From the NCBI GenBank assembly GCA_044425555.1, contig JAWXVF010000028.1, positions 1 through 22,524 of the forward strand: DNA of 22,524 nucleotides, given 5' to 3'. Below, one piece after another: positions 15,274 to 22,524 of the stretch. Position 1 is the stretch's first letter. Each line of letters starts with the position of its first letter. The DNA is from Eubacteriales bacterium (GTDB lineage: Bacteria; Bacillota; Clostridia; Lachnospirales; Lachnospiraceae). The position numbers and the translations under genes are program-made. The notes under the pieces were generated by a model. The model ran no database searches. It had not been told where the DNA came from and saw only the letters and a program-made list of their open reading frames with translations.

Positions 15274-16417
15274 ACCCATTAAAGTACGAAGTGGAAATTT
15301 GGCTGGACTGAAAGGAGTTTTAACTTATATTCAAGAAGACCATAAAACAGAAGATGGAAAGCTTGTGTGGGGAAAAGATTTGGTAAAAGGGAAGGAATTT
15401 GAGCAGATGTTTATTACAAAAAAAATGCATCAGAAAATAAGCGGTAGACAGTATGCTCATTTTGTGCAAAGTTTTGGTGTAGATGATTTAGTGACACCAG
15501 AGATGGCGTTTACAATTTCTAAGGAATTTATTAAGCGTAATCACAAGTTTGATGATTTCCAAGTGGTATCTGCAGTGCATACAAATGAGAAGCATATGCA
15601 TATTCATTATATTGTGAATTCGGTTGGCATAGAAAAAGGAGAGAAGTGGCAATGCTCCCCTAAAGATTTAGAAAAAATGCGTAATATTTCAGATGAATTA
15701 TGCTACGAGTATGGTTTATCGGTTATTGAACATCGAGGGAACTTCCATCAAAAATATGGGGAATATAAAGCATTTAAAAGTTGGAAACAACAACTTGCAA
15801 GTGACATTGCAAAAAGTGTAGAAGAAAGTTTTTCACTGGAAGATTTCTACCACAATTTAGATAGCAGGGGGATTGATTGTAGTTTTGGTAATCATAATAT
15901 TATGTTTCAGGTGTTTGCTGGGTATTGTGGCTTAAACGGGGAACGATTCTGTAGCAATTATAAGCTAATGTCCTATGGAGATTTTAGTAGGGAGAATATC
16001 TTAAATAGTGTAGATTATAATGATTATAATCTAAAATCAGGATTAATTGCTATACATCAAGGTGGTGATATTTTTCAGGAATTAGCACAACTTGATATAT
16101 GGGGAAAGGAAGATATGAATATAGATATGTCTAGCTTGTATCAGGCAGTAATACAAGAAATAGAATTTAAAGGAAAACCGTGGTATCAGATACAGACTAT
16201 TATTGTCCAATTACATGCAGACCAAATGAAACAAAAATTAGCTAGAGAAGGGCTATTGGCACTACATGAACAAAAGAAACAGAGAAAACAGCAAAACATA
16301 TTTCTGCCATCAATCTGCAATCTACTTGAAGAGTTTTATTATTGGAAATACCAAAAAGAACTTAATAGAAATGACAGGTATAGAGAAGAAGAGTTAGAAG
16401 ATATGTGGGAACTCTAA
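15251..16417 (+). CDS. Relaxase/mobilisation nuclease (MobA/VirD2-type)
   Basis: N-terminus TIAIVKPIKV..., the histidine triad region HTNEKHMHIHYIVNSV, and AGGAGG immediately upstream. It overlaps the mobC 3' end. Confidence 0.9.
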   Translation: MMTIAIVKPIKVRSGNLAGLKGVLTYIQEDHKTEDGKLVWGKDLVKGKEFEQMFITKKMHQKISGRQYAHFVQSFGVDDLVTPEMAFTISKEFIKRNHKFDDFQVVSAVHTNEKHMHIHYIVNSVGIEKGEKWQCSPKDLEKMRNISDELCYEYGLSVIEHRGNFHQKYGEYKAFKSWKQQLASDIAKSVEESFSLEDFYHNLDSRGIDCSFGNHNIMFQVFAGYCGLNGERFCSNYKLMSYGDFSRENILNSVDYNDYNLKSGLIAIHQGGDIFQELAQLDIWGKEDMNIDMSSLYQAVIQEIEFKGKPWYQIQTIIVQLHADQMKQKLAREGLLALHEQKKQRKQQNIFLPSICNLLEEFYYWKYQKELNRNDRYREEELEDMWEL

Positions 16418-16683
16418 TAGCTTGTCATAAAAAGAAAGCAATTCACATAATATTAAACAGCATAATGGAGGTGCAGGAGATGAAAGAAAAGGAAAAATTA
16501 AATATTACATTTCATAATCCAAACACTGGCGATGAGTTAATTAAGGAGTTGATTAGAATTTCTGCGTCAATGGCACATGAAACGGTGAAGAAAAAATTAC
16601 TTGCACTGGAACAAGAAGAAATGAATACATATACTTTGCAAAATGAAACACAAGATAATGAAGATGATGAATGGGAACGATAG
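16405..16683 (+). CDS. Small hypothetical protein; likely start at ATG 16480
   Basis: GGAGG (16467-16471) lies 8 nt before ATG 16480, giving MKEKEKLNITFHNPNTGDELIKELIR.... The C-terminus is acidic. I recognise no domain. Confidence 0.5.
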   Translation: MGTLIACHKKKAIHIILNSIMEVQEMKEKEKLNITFHNPNTGDELIKELIRISASMAHETVKKKLLALEQEEMNTYTLQNETQDNEDDEWER

Positions 16684-16694
16684 GATAGGGATTG

Positions 16695-16733
16695 GGGAAT
16701 AACTTTTACAAGGAGTTATTCCCTTCCTTCTTT
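16695..16733 (+). terminator. Intrinsic terminator ending the rep-mob transcription unit
   Basis: 10-bp stem, GGGAATAACT (16695-16704) pairing with AGTTATTCCC (16714-16723), with a 9-nt loop and a T-rich tail ttccttcttt. Confidence 0.7.
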
Positions 16734-16785
16734 ACATGAGTCAAAAGTTGCTAAAAGAAAATATGATAATTTTCTAGGAAATAGA

Positions 16786-16814
16786 TTGACACATTAACAT
16801 AATGGACTTATAAT
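16786..16814 (+). promoter_or_regulatory. Perfect consensus sigma-A promoter: TTGACA, 17-nt spacer, TATAAT
   Basis: TTGACA at 16786-16791 and TATAAT at 16809-16814, with a 17-nt spacer. It lies upstream of the AlbA_2 gene and recombinase gene pair. Confidence 0.6.
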
Positions 16815-16860
16815 AAAATAGATGTAACAGATATAGAAAAATAACGAATAATATGTCGAA

Positions 16861-18396
16861 ATGGAGGTAATCATGGGGATAGCAACCAATATCAAGACTT
16901 TGCTATCAGGGAATGTAGTTGAATGGGCAAGAATTGAATACAAAGAAACATGGGATGCTGTTGCTTCTTTGAAAACTATATGTGCATTTGCTAATGATCT
17001 TGATAATTGGGGTGGTGGATATCTTGTCATAGGTGTTAAGGAGGAAGAAGGTCGTCCAATATACCCATTACAAGGAATAGCAACTGATAAAATAGATAGT
17101 CATCAAAAGGATATTCTATCAAAATGTAAACTGATTCGTTCAGAATATATGCCAATAATAGAAGTAGTGGAATATCAAGAGAGAAACTTTATCATACTTT
17201 GGTGTCCAGGAGGAAATACAAGACCTTATTCATCACCTAAGACTATGGGTAAAGATAATAAAGATCGGATTTATTATATACGCAAAGGGTCAAGTACCAT
17301 AATCCCAACTTCAGAAGAAGAGAAGGACTTATTTCATTTAGCCAATCGAGTACCTTTTGATGATAGAATAAATAATCAAGGGGAAATGACAGATTTGAAT
17401 ATTACACTGATTCAAAGTTATTTGAAGGAAGTAAATAGTTCTTTGTTTGAAAAATTAAAAACAGAGGATTTTACTTCTGTTTGTCGTGATATGAATATTA
17501 TTGGGAATCTTCCAGAATATACGAAACCTAAAAATATAGGACTTATGTTCTTTAGTCTAGAACCAGAAAAGTTCTTCCCCTATGCCCAAATAGACGTAGT
17601 GCAATTTCCACAAGGATTAGGGGGCGATAATATCATAGAGCAAACTTTTAAAGGACCCATTCAGCAACAACTAAGAGATGCACTTATATATATTAAAAAT
17701 ACAATTATTACAGAAAAAGTGATTAAACACCCTCATAAGGCAGAAGCAGATCGGTTTTTCAATTATCCTTATGCTGCCATTGAAGAAGCCTTATCTAATG
17801 CAGTGTATCATAGAGGTTATGATGAAAGAGAACCCATTGAAGTACGTGTAGAGAATGATAGGATAGAGATTGTAAGCTTTCCTGGTCCGGATCGTTCAGT
17901 AACCGATGAAGGTCTGAAAAGTTATCGTGTGTCCAATCGCAGATATAGAAATAGAAGAATTGGAGAGTTTTTAAAAGAATTGCATTTGACAGAAGGAAGA
18001 AATACAGGATTTACAAAAATATTAAATGCTTTGAACGCAAATGATTCCCCACAGCCTGAATTCGAAACTGATGAGGATAGAACTTATTTTATTGCAAGAT
18101 TTTTCATACATGAATGTTTTAAAATAGAAAAATATGGAGTGGATTTAGAAGTAGAAACACCTTCAATAACACCTTCAATAGCACCTTCAAAAAGCGATCT
18201 GCTATTACAAGAAAAAATCATTAAATTAATAAGAAAAAATCCTAAAATTACAAGAAAAGATATGGAAAACAAATTGAAAATTTCTGAATTTATGTTAAGA
18301 AAACAAGTGGAATTTTTAAAGAAAAATAATACCATCGAGTACGTAGGTTCTAGCAAAGGTGGTAATTGGATTATAAATAGGGAGGGCAACTCATGA
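16861..18396 (+). CDS. AlbA_2 (Schlafen-like 'divergent AAA') / HATPase_c_4-like ATP-binding protein with a C-terminal winged HTH
   Basis: N-terminus GNVVEWARIEYKETW...ICAFANDLDNWGGGYLVIGV is AlbA_2-like. The central region EEALSNAVYHRGYDEREPIEVRV...GRNTGFTKI follows. The C-terminal HTH is KIIKLIRKNPKITRKDMENKLKISEFMLRKQVEFLKKNN. The likely start is ATG 16873, after GGAGG. Confidence 0.75.
   Translation: MEVIMGIATNIKTLLSGNVVEWARIEYKETWDAVASLKTICAFANDLDNWGGGYLVIGVKEEEGRPIYPLQGIATDKIDSHQKDILSKCKLIRSEYMPIIEVVEYQERNFIILWCPGGNTRPYSSPKTMGKDNKDRIYYIRKGSSTIIPTSEEEKDLFHLANRVPFDDRINNQGEMTDLNITLIQSYLKEVNSSLFEKLKTEDFTSVCRDMNIIGNLPEYTKPKNIGLMFFSLEPEKFFPYAQIDVVQFPQGLGGDNIIEQTFKGPIQQQLRDALIYIKNTIITEKVIKHPHKAEADRFFNYPYAAIEEALSNAVYHRGYDEREPIEVRVENDRIEIVSFPGPDRSVTDEGLKSYRVSNRRYRNRRIGEFLKELHLTEGRNTGFTKILNALNANDSPQPEFETDEDRTYFIARFFIHECFKIEKYGVDLEVETPSITPSIAPSKSDLLLQEKIIKLIRKNPKITRKDMENKLKISEFMLRKQVEFLKKNNTIEYVGSSKGGNWIINREGNS
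18157..18192 (+). repeat. Three tandem 12-nt repeats inside the AlbA_2-like ORF, in the linker before the wHTH
   Basis: ACACCTTCAATA, ACACCTTCAATA, GCACCTTCAAAA encode TPSI-TPSI-APSK. Unit-number changes would stay in frame. Confidence 0.8.
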
Positions 18397-19931
18397 ACAT
18401 TGTAGCTTACTGTCGTGTTTCTACCGACAAAGAAGACCAGTTAAACTCCATAGAAACACAGAAGAAGTTTTTTGAAGAATATGCGATTAAGCAGGGACAT
18501 AATCTTGTAACGGTCTATGCAGACGAAGGAATTTCTGGTACGAAAATTAAAAATCGTACCCAGTTTCAACGACTTCTACGTGATGCTAAGCATGGCTTAT
18601 TTGAAATGGTTGTGGTAAAGGATATTTCCCGTTTTGCAAGAAATACAGTTGATTTATTAAATAGTACAAGACAACTTAAGGAACTAGGTATTGAAACTAC
18701 CTTTCTTACAGCCAATATGTCTGTGCTAGGACAGTCCGAATTTGTCTTAACAATTTTTGGAGCATTAGCCCAAGAAGAAAGTGCTAATACATCAAAACGT
18801 GTGAAATTTGGTAAGAAAATGAATGCACAAAAAGGGCGAGTACCTAATATGGTATATGGTTATGATAAGACGAAAGGAGATTACTTTAGTCTTAAGATTA
18901 ATGAATACGAGGCAAGTATTGTACGAAGAATCTACGATTTATATTTAAATAGTGGTTACGGTGCCAACAAAATTGCACAGATACTAAATGCAGAAGGGAT
19001 TCGTACAAAACGAGATTGTAAATGGTCACAAAATGCCATTTGCCGAATTTTAACTAATGAAATTTACACAGGAAAGATTATTAATGGTAAGGAAGAGATT
19101 GCTGATTTTCTAACAAGTAAGCGGGAGAAAAAAGAGGAATGTGATTGGTTTATTGTGGACAAGCCAGAACTTCGTATTATGGAAGATGATGTATTTGTTA
19201 AGGTAGGGAAATTATTAGAGGAACGAAATCTGAGCTTTCATACGAATAAACAACGTCAATCCAATAAGCATTTATTTTCTACTTTAATTCGTTGTTCTTG
19301 TTGTGGCTATAGCTTTCGCCGTGTAGAAAAGCAATATAAAAATGTATACATTCGTTGGGTATGTAGTGGGCGAAATGCCAATGGTGCAGATTCCTGTCCT
19401 AATACCTATAAGATGGACGAGCAGGCATTAAAGGAAGAAATTTCTAAGTATTTGCTTGACATACTCAATCAAAAAGAGAATGTGATGAAAAATATTGTGG
19501 CTGAATTCAATCGCACTTATCATACGAAAGAGGAAAACAAAGATTATGAGAAATCTTTAACAGAACGATTAGGTAAAGCAGGGAAATCAAGAAAGAGATA
19601 TATGGATATGTATGAAGATGAATTGATTACGAGGGAGGAACTTCGTGAAAAAGTTGGTTCACTTAATATAGAAATCGAAAAAGTAGAAAATGAATTAAAG
19701 TTAATACAATATAATCTAACAAAGGGTGACCAATTAGAGGGCGTATTAGAAAGCACATTTAAAAATCTAGAAAATATTTTCGATATTGAGAGCATGTCCA
19801 ATGTACAGCTAAAAGAAATTATAGATAAGATTATAGTGGATGAACAAGGGAAAATAGACGTATATCTAAAGCTTTTATCGGATATAGGAATAGAACAGTC
19901 TGTGATTCTGATTAACTACAACCAAACATAA
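18393..19931 (+). CDS. Large serine recombinase (element integrase/excisionase)
   Basis: Resolvase-type N-terminus VAYCRVSTDKEDQ with the catalytic Ser, VVKDISRFARN, a recombinase domain, the zinc ribbon CSCCGYSF...WVCSGR...CPN, and a C-terminal coiled coil. ATGA start/stop overlap with the upstream gene. Confidence 0.95.
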   Translation: MNIVAYCRVSTDKEDQLNSIETQKKFFEEYAIKQGHNLVTVYADEGISGTKIKNRTQFQRLLRDAKHGLFEMVVVKDISRFARNTVDLLNSTRQLKELGIETTFLTANMSVLGQSEFVLTIFGALAQEESANTSKRVKFGKKMNAQKGRVPNMVYGYDKTKGDYFSLKINEYEASIVRRIYDLYLNSGYGANKIAQILNAEGIRTKRDCKWSQNAICRILTNEIYTGKIINGKEEIADFLTSKREKKEECDWFIVDKPELRIMEDDVFVKVGKLLEERNLSFHTNKQRQSNKHLFSTLIRCSCCGYSFRRVEKQYKNVYIRWVCSGRNANGADSCPNTYKMDEQALKEEISKYLLDILNQKENVMKNIVAEFNRTYHTKEENKDYEKSLTERLGKAGKSRKRYMDMYEDELITREELREKVGSLNIEIEKVENELKLIQYNLTKGDQLEGVLESTFKNLENIFDIESMSNVQLKEIIDKIIVDEQGKIDVYLKLLSDIGIEQSVILINYNQT

Positions 19932-20064
19932 AGATATAACAGACCGTTTAATGCAAATCAATCCAACCTTAGCAATGGAAGCTAGAAAAATATTGGATGT
20001 GAATAAATCAGAACGTCATATTCGTGGTGGATTGGCAACGAAAGAAAAATATTCACACAGTTAA
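19927..20064 (+). pseudogene. spoIIID: 3' segment of the split sporulation regulator gene spoIIID (C-terminal half only)
   Basis: The in-frame translation HKDITDRLMQINPTLAMEARKILDVNKSERHIRGGLATKEKYSHS* is collinear with the C-terminal half of B. subtilis SpoIIID as I recall it (HKDLTERLPEINPDLANEVKEILDYHKSIRHLRGGEATKLKYK). There is no RBS and no N-terminal HTH half. An upstream in-frame stop lies at 19909-19911, inside the recombinase ORF. Confidence 0.8.
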
Positions 20065-20078
20065 GCGGAAACGGGATT

Positions 20079-20100
20079 GCATCTATTAGGGTGCTTTTCT
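20079..20100 (+). terminator. Weak candidate terminator after spoIIID
   Basis: 5-bp stem, GCATC pairing with GGTGC (one G-U pair), a 6-nt loop, and a TTTTCT tail. Confidence 0.3.
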
Positions 20101-20206
20101 GTGTTGTAGAAGTAAAATACGTTAAAATAATAACATAAAAAAGAATAGTCATTCGTGAATATAAATGGTAAAATGGTAAGAGTTACTACGAAGGAGAGAA
20201 AAGAAT

Positions 20207-20884
20207 ATGAATGTTAAAATTGTTGGAGAACCATTACCAGTGGCAATATGTCAAGTGGAAGCAGGAGAAACCATTATCACAGAAAGTGGCGCAATGAGTT
20301 GGATGAGTGGTAATATGAAAATGGAAACCACAGGTGGTGGTTTAGGTAAAGTGTTTGGGCGCATGGTATCAGGAGAAAATCTGTTTCAAAATCGTTATAC
20401 AGCAGAAGGTAGAGAGGGAGAGATTGCTTTAGGTGCTAAGATGGCAGGCTCTATTCGTACTTATGAAATTTCTAATGGTAGATCATTAATTGTACAAAAG
20501 GGAGGATTTTTAGCAGGAACAGAGGGAATTGAGTTAAGCATTCATTTTCGGAAAAAATTGTCTTCTAGTTTGTTTGGTGGCGAAGGATTTATTATGCAGA
20601 AAATTTCTGGTGACGGAATAGCCTTAATTGAATTTGATGGTCATGTGGTAGATTATGATTTGCTAGCAGGGGATAAAATGGTGGTAGATACAGGATATTT
20701 AGCAGCTATGGACGAAACCTGTACAATGGATATTGTAACAGTACCAGGGGTGAAGAATATGTTGTTAGGTGGTGAAGGAATCTTTAACACAGTGATTTCT
20801 GGACCAGGTCGAGTAAGTTTGCAAAGTATGCCGATATCAAATTTAGCATCTACGTTAATTCCATATATGCCAACAGCAAGGTAA
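20207..20884 (+). CDS. TIGR00266 / AIM24 (DUF124) family protein
   Basis: 225-aa ORF with a GAAGGAGAG RBS. The Gly-rich beta-type sequence (GGGLGKVFGRMVSGENLF, GGEGFIMQKISGDG, LLGGEGIFNTVISGPG) matches my recollection of this family. Confidence 0.7.
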   Translation: MNVKIVGEPLPVAICQVEAGETIITESGAMSWMSGNMKMETTGGGLGKVFGRMVSGENLFQNRYTAEGREGEIALGAKMAGSIRTYEISNGRSLIVQKGGFLAGTEGIELSIHFRKKLSSSLFGGEGFIMQKISGDGIALIEFDGHVVDYDLLAGDKMVVDTGYLAAMDETCTMDIVTVPGVKNMLLGGEGIFNTVISGPGRVSLQSMPISNLASTLIPYMPTAR

Positions 20885-20976
20885 GAAAATCATAAGGTGT
20901 TTGGACACTGGTATTATTAAGATAATAATAAAACATAAAATAAGTATGATGGATACGGTAAGAGAATGGAGTATTT

Positions 20977-22524
20977 ATGGATAACAGAGAAAAAGTAATT
21001 GTGATTGATTTTGGGGGACAATACAATCAATTAGTAGCAAGAAGAGTACGTGAATGTAATGTCTATTGTGAAATTTATTCTTATAAAACGGATATTAATA
21101 AAATAAAAGAAATGAATGTAAAAGGAATTATTTTAACGGGTGGACCTAATAGTTGTTATGAGGAGGGAGCACCTACGTATTCAAAAGACTTATTTTCTCT
21201 TGGAATACCAGTATTAGGCTTATGTTATGGTGCACAACTTATGAATCATATATTAGGTGGAGAAGTTAAAAAGGCCGAGGTAGGGGAGTATGGAAAAACA
21301 AAAATAAACATTATAAAATCTTCTCCAATCTTCAAGGAAGTGCCAGAAAAGACAATTTGTTGGATGAGCCATTTTGATTATATTCATCAGGTAGCACCTG
21401 GATTTGAGGTTACAGCTACTACCACAGATTGCCCTGTTGCGGCAGCAGAAGATAGTGATAAGAAATTATATGCTATACAATTTCACCCAGAAGTATTACA
21501 TACTATAGAAGGTAGTAGAATGCTATCTAATTTTGTTTATTCGGTATGTGGTTGTACTGGGACTTGGAGGATGGATTCATTTGTAGAACAATCTATTCAA
21601 GCTATTCGAGAAAAGGTAGGAACTGGAAAAGTACTTTGTGCTTTATCAGGAGGGGTCGATTCCTCAGTGGCAGCAGTACTTTTATCAAAAGCAATTGGCA
21701 ATCAGCTTACTTGTGTCTTTGTGGATCATGGATTATTACGAAAAGATGAAGGGGATGAAGTAGAAGAAATTTTTGGACCATCGGGACAATATGACTTGAA
21801 TTTTATTCGTGTTAATGTGCAGGAACGCTATTATGATAAATTAAAAGGAATCGAAGATCCTGAAGCAAAGCGTAAAATAATAGGGGAAGAATTTATTCGT
21901 GTCTTTGAAGAAGAAGCAAAAAAAATAGGTGCTGTTGATTTCTTAGTACAAGGGACAATCTATCCAGATGTTGTGGAAAGTGGAGTAGGTGGAGAATCTA
22001 CAGTTATTAAATCTCATCATAATGTAGGTGGACTTCCTGATTGTGTGGATTTCAAAGAGATTATTGAACCTCTTAGAGATTTATTCAAAGATGAAGTTAG
22101 AAAAGTAGGGTTAGAATTGGGAATACCAGATTATTTAGTATTTCGTCAACCTTTCCCAGGACCTGGATTAGGAATTCGCATCATTGGGGAAGTCACAGAA
22201 GAGAAAGTGAAAATCGTACAGGATGCAGATTTTATCTACCGTGATGAAATTGCAAAAGCAGGACTTGATAAGGGAATTGGACAATATTTTGCCGCACTTA
22301 CCAATATGCGTTCCGTAGGAGTTATGGGTGATGAACGCACTTATGACTTTGCAGTTGCACTGCGTGCTGTTAATACGATTGACTTTATGACAGCGGAATC
22401 GGCGGAGATTCCTTATGAAGTGTTGAATAAAGTTATGAATCGAATTATTAATGAGGTGCAAGGGGTAAATCGAGTATTGTATGACTTGACTAGTAAACCG
22501 CCGGGAACGATAGAGTGGGAGTAA
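20977..22524 (+). CDS. guaA: GMP synthase (glutamine-hydrolysing)
   Basis: Class I glutamine amidotransferase N-terminus (GLCYGAQL with the catalytic Cys; QFHPE), ATP-pyrophosphatase P-loop SGGVDSS, and the canonical C-terminus KPPGTIEWE. Confidence 0.97.
   Translation: MDNREKVIVIDFGGQYNQLVARRVRECNVYCEIYSYKTDINKIKEMNVKGIILTGGPNSCYEEGAPTYSKDLFSLGIPVLGLCYGAQLMNHILGGEVKKAEVGEYGKTKINIIKSSPIFKEVPEKTICWMSHFDYIHQVAPGFEVTATTTDCPVAAAEDSDKKLYAIQFHPEVLHTIEGSRMLSNFVYSVCGCTGTWRMDSFVEQSIQAIREKVGTGKVLCALSGGVDSSVAAVLLSKAIGNQLTCVFVDHGLLRKDEGDEVEEIFGPSGQYDLNFIRVNVQERYYDKLKGIEDPEAKRKIIGEEFIRVFEEEAKKIGAVDFLVQGTIYPDVVESGVGGESTVIKSHHNVGGLPDCVDFKEIIEPLRDLFKDEVRKVGLELGIPDYLVFRQPFPGPGLGIRIIGEVTEEKVKIVQDADFIYRDEIAKAGLDKGIGQYFAALTNMRSVGVMGDERTYDFAVALRAVNTIDFMTAESAEIPYEVLNKVMNRIINEVQGVNRVLYDLTSKPPGTIEWE

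Larger units (their letters stand above)
1..19931 (+). mobile_element. Integrative mobilizable element-like defence island. The right end is set by the serine recombinase gene abutting a split spoIIID. The left end is not identified and may lie upstream of the window.
   Basis: Backbone genes RepA_N, MobC, relaxase and large serine recombinase are present, and no conjugation (T4SS) genes were seen. The cargo is almost entirely defence genes. The recombinase ORF ends at 19931, where a promoterless 3' fragment of spoIIID begins. Confidence 0.6.

Noticed and set aside
20885-20976. Guanine/purine riboswitch upstream of guaA, as occurs in some Firmicutes
   Set aside because: The 92-nt spacer lacks the conserved purine-riboswitch core elements (UAUGG...UUUCUACC...CCGUAAA type junction sequences) and is too short for an aptamer plus expression platform.
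12811-22461. Track ORFs 12811-13047(+), 16794-17030(-), 18084-18389(-), 19544-19801(-), 21546-21749(+), 22168-22461(-)
   Set aside because: They are antisense or out of frame inside well-supported genes (the zinc-ribbon protein, the AlbA_2-like gene, the recombinase, guaA). 16794-17030 overlaps the consensus promoter and the start of the AlbA_2 gene.
1-22524. CRISPR arrays, tRNA/rRNA genes, and transposase/IS elements with terminal inverted repeats
   Set aside because: I saw no regularly spaced direct repeats, no tRNA-like cloverleaf or T-loop consensus, and no transposase-like ORFs on reading both strands. This was done by eye only, so small RNAs could have been missed.

Overview
AT-rich, Firmicutes/Clostridia-like window. 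Positions ~1-19,931 look like one integrative mobilizable element (IME) carrying a dense, co-directional defence island. Only the last ~2.5 kb looks like core chromosome. Left to right: (i) a 608-nt ORF-free region ending in a consensus promoter, a small hairpin and an intrinsic terminator, all directly upstream of an Abi_2 (AbiD/AbiF-type, HEPN Rx4H) gene; (ii) a decayed or uncharacterised DUF4869-like cluster; (iii) a complete type I R-M system (hsdM, hsdS, hsdR) with two unknown ORFs translationally coupled inside it: a 94-aa ORF between M and S, and a 175-aa 2-TM protein between S and R; (iv) an antitoxin-less RES-domain protein, followed by (v) a Septu-like PtuA ATPase / PtuB HNH pair. 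The element backbone follows: a zinc-ribbon hypothetical (minus strand), RepA_N replication initiator, candidate oriT, MobC, MOB relaxase, a small ORF, an AlbA_2/Schlafen-like ATP-binding regulator and a large serine recombinase. The recombinase stop codon abuts the 3' half of the sporulation regulator gene spoIIID, so the island appears to be an intervening element splitting spoIIID. The 5' half of spoIIID was not found in the window, so the left end is undefined. The right flank carries a TIGR00266/AIM24-family gene and guaA. I saw no rRNA, tRNA or CRISPR array. All family assignments are from motif recognition by eye, not from searches.
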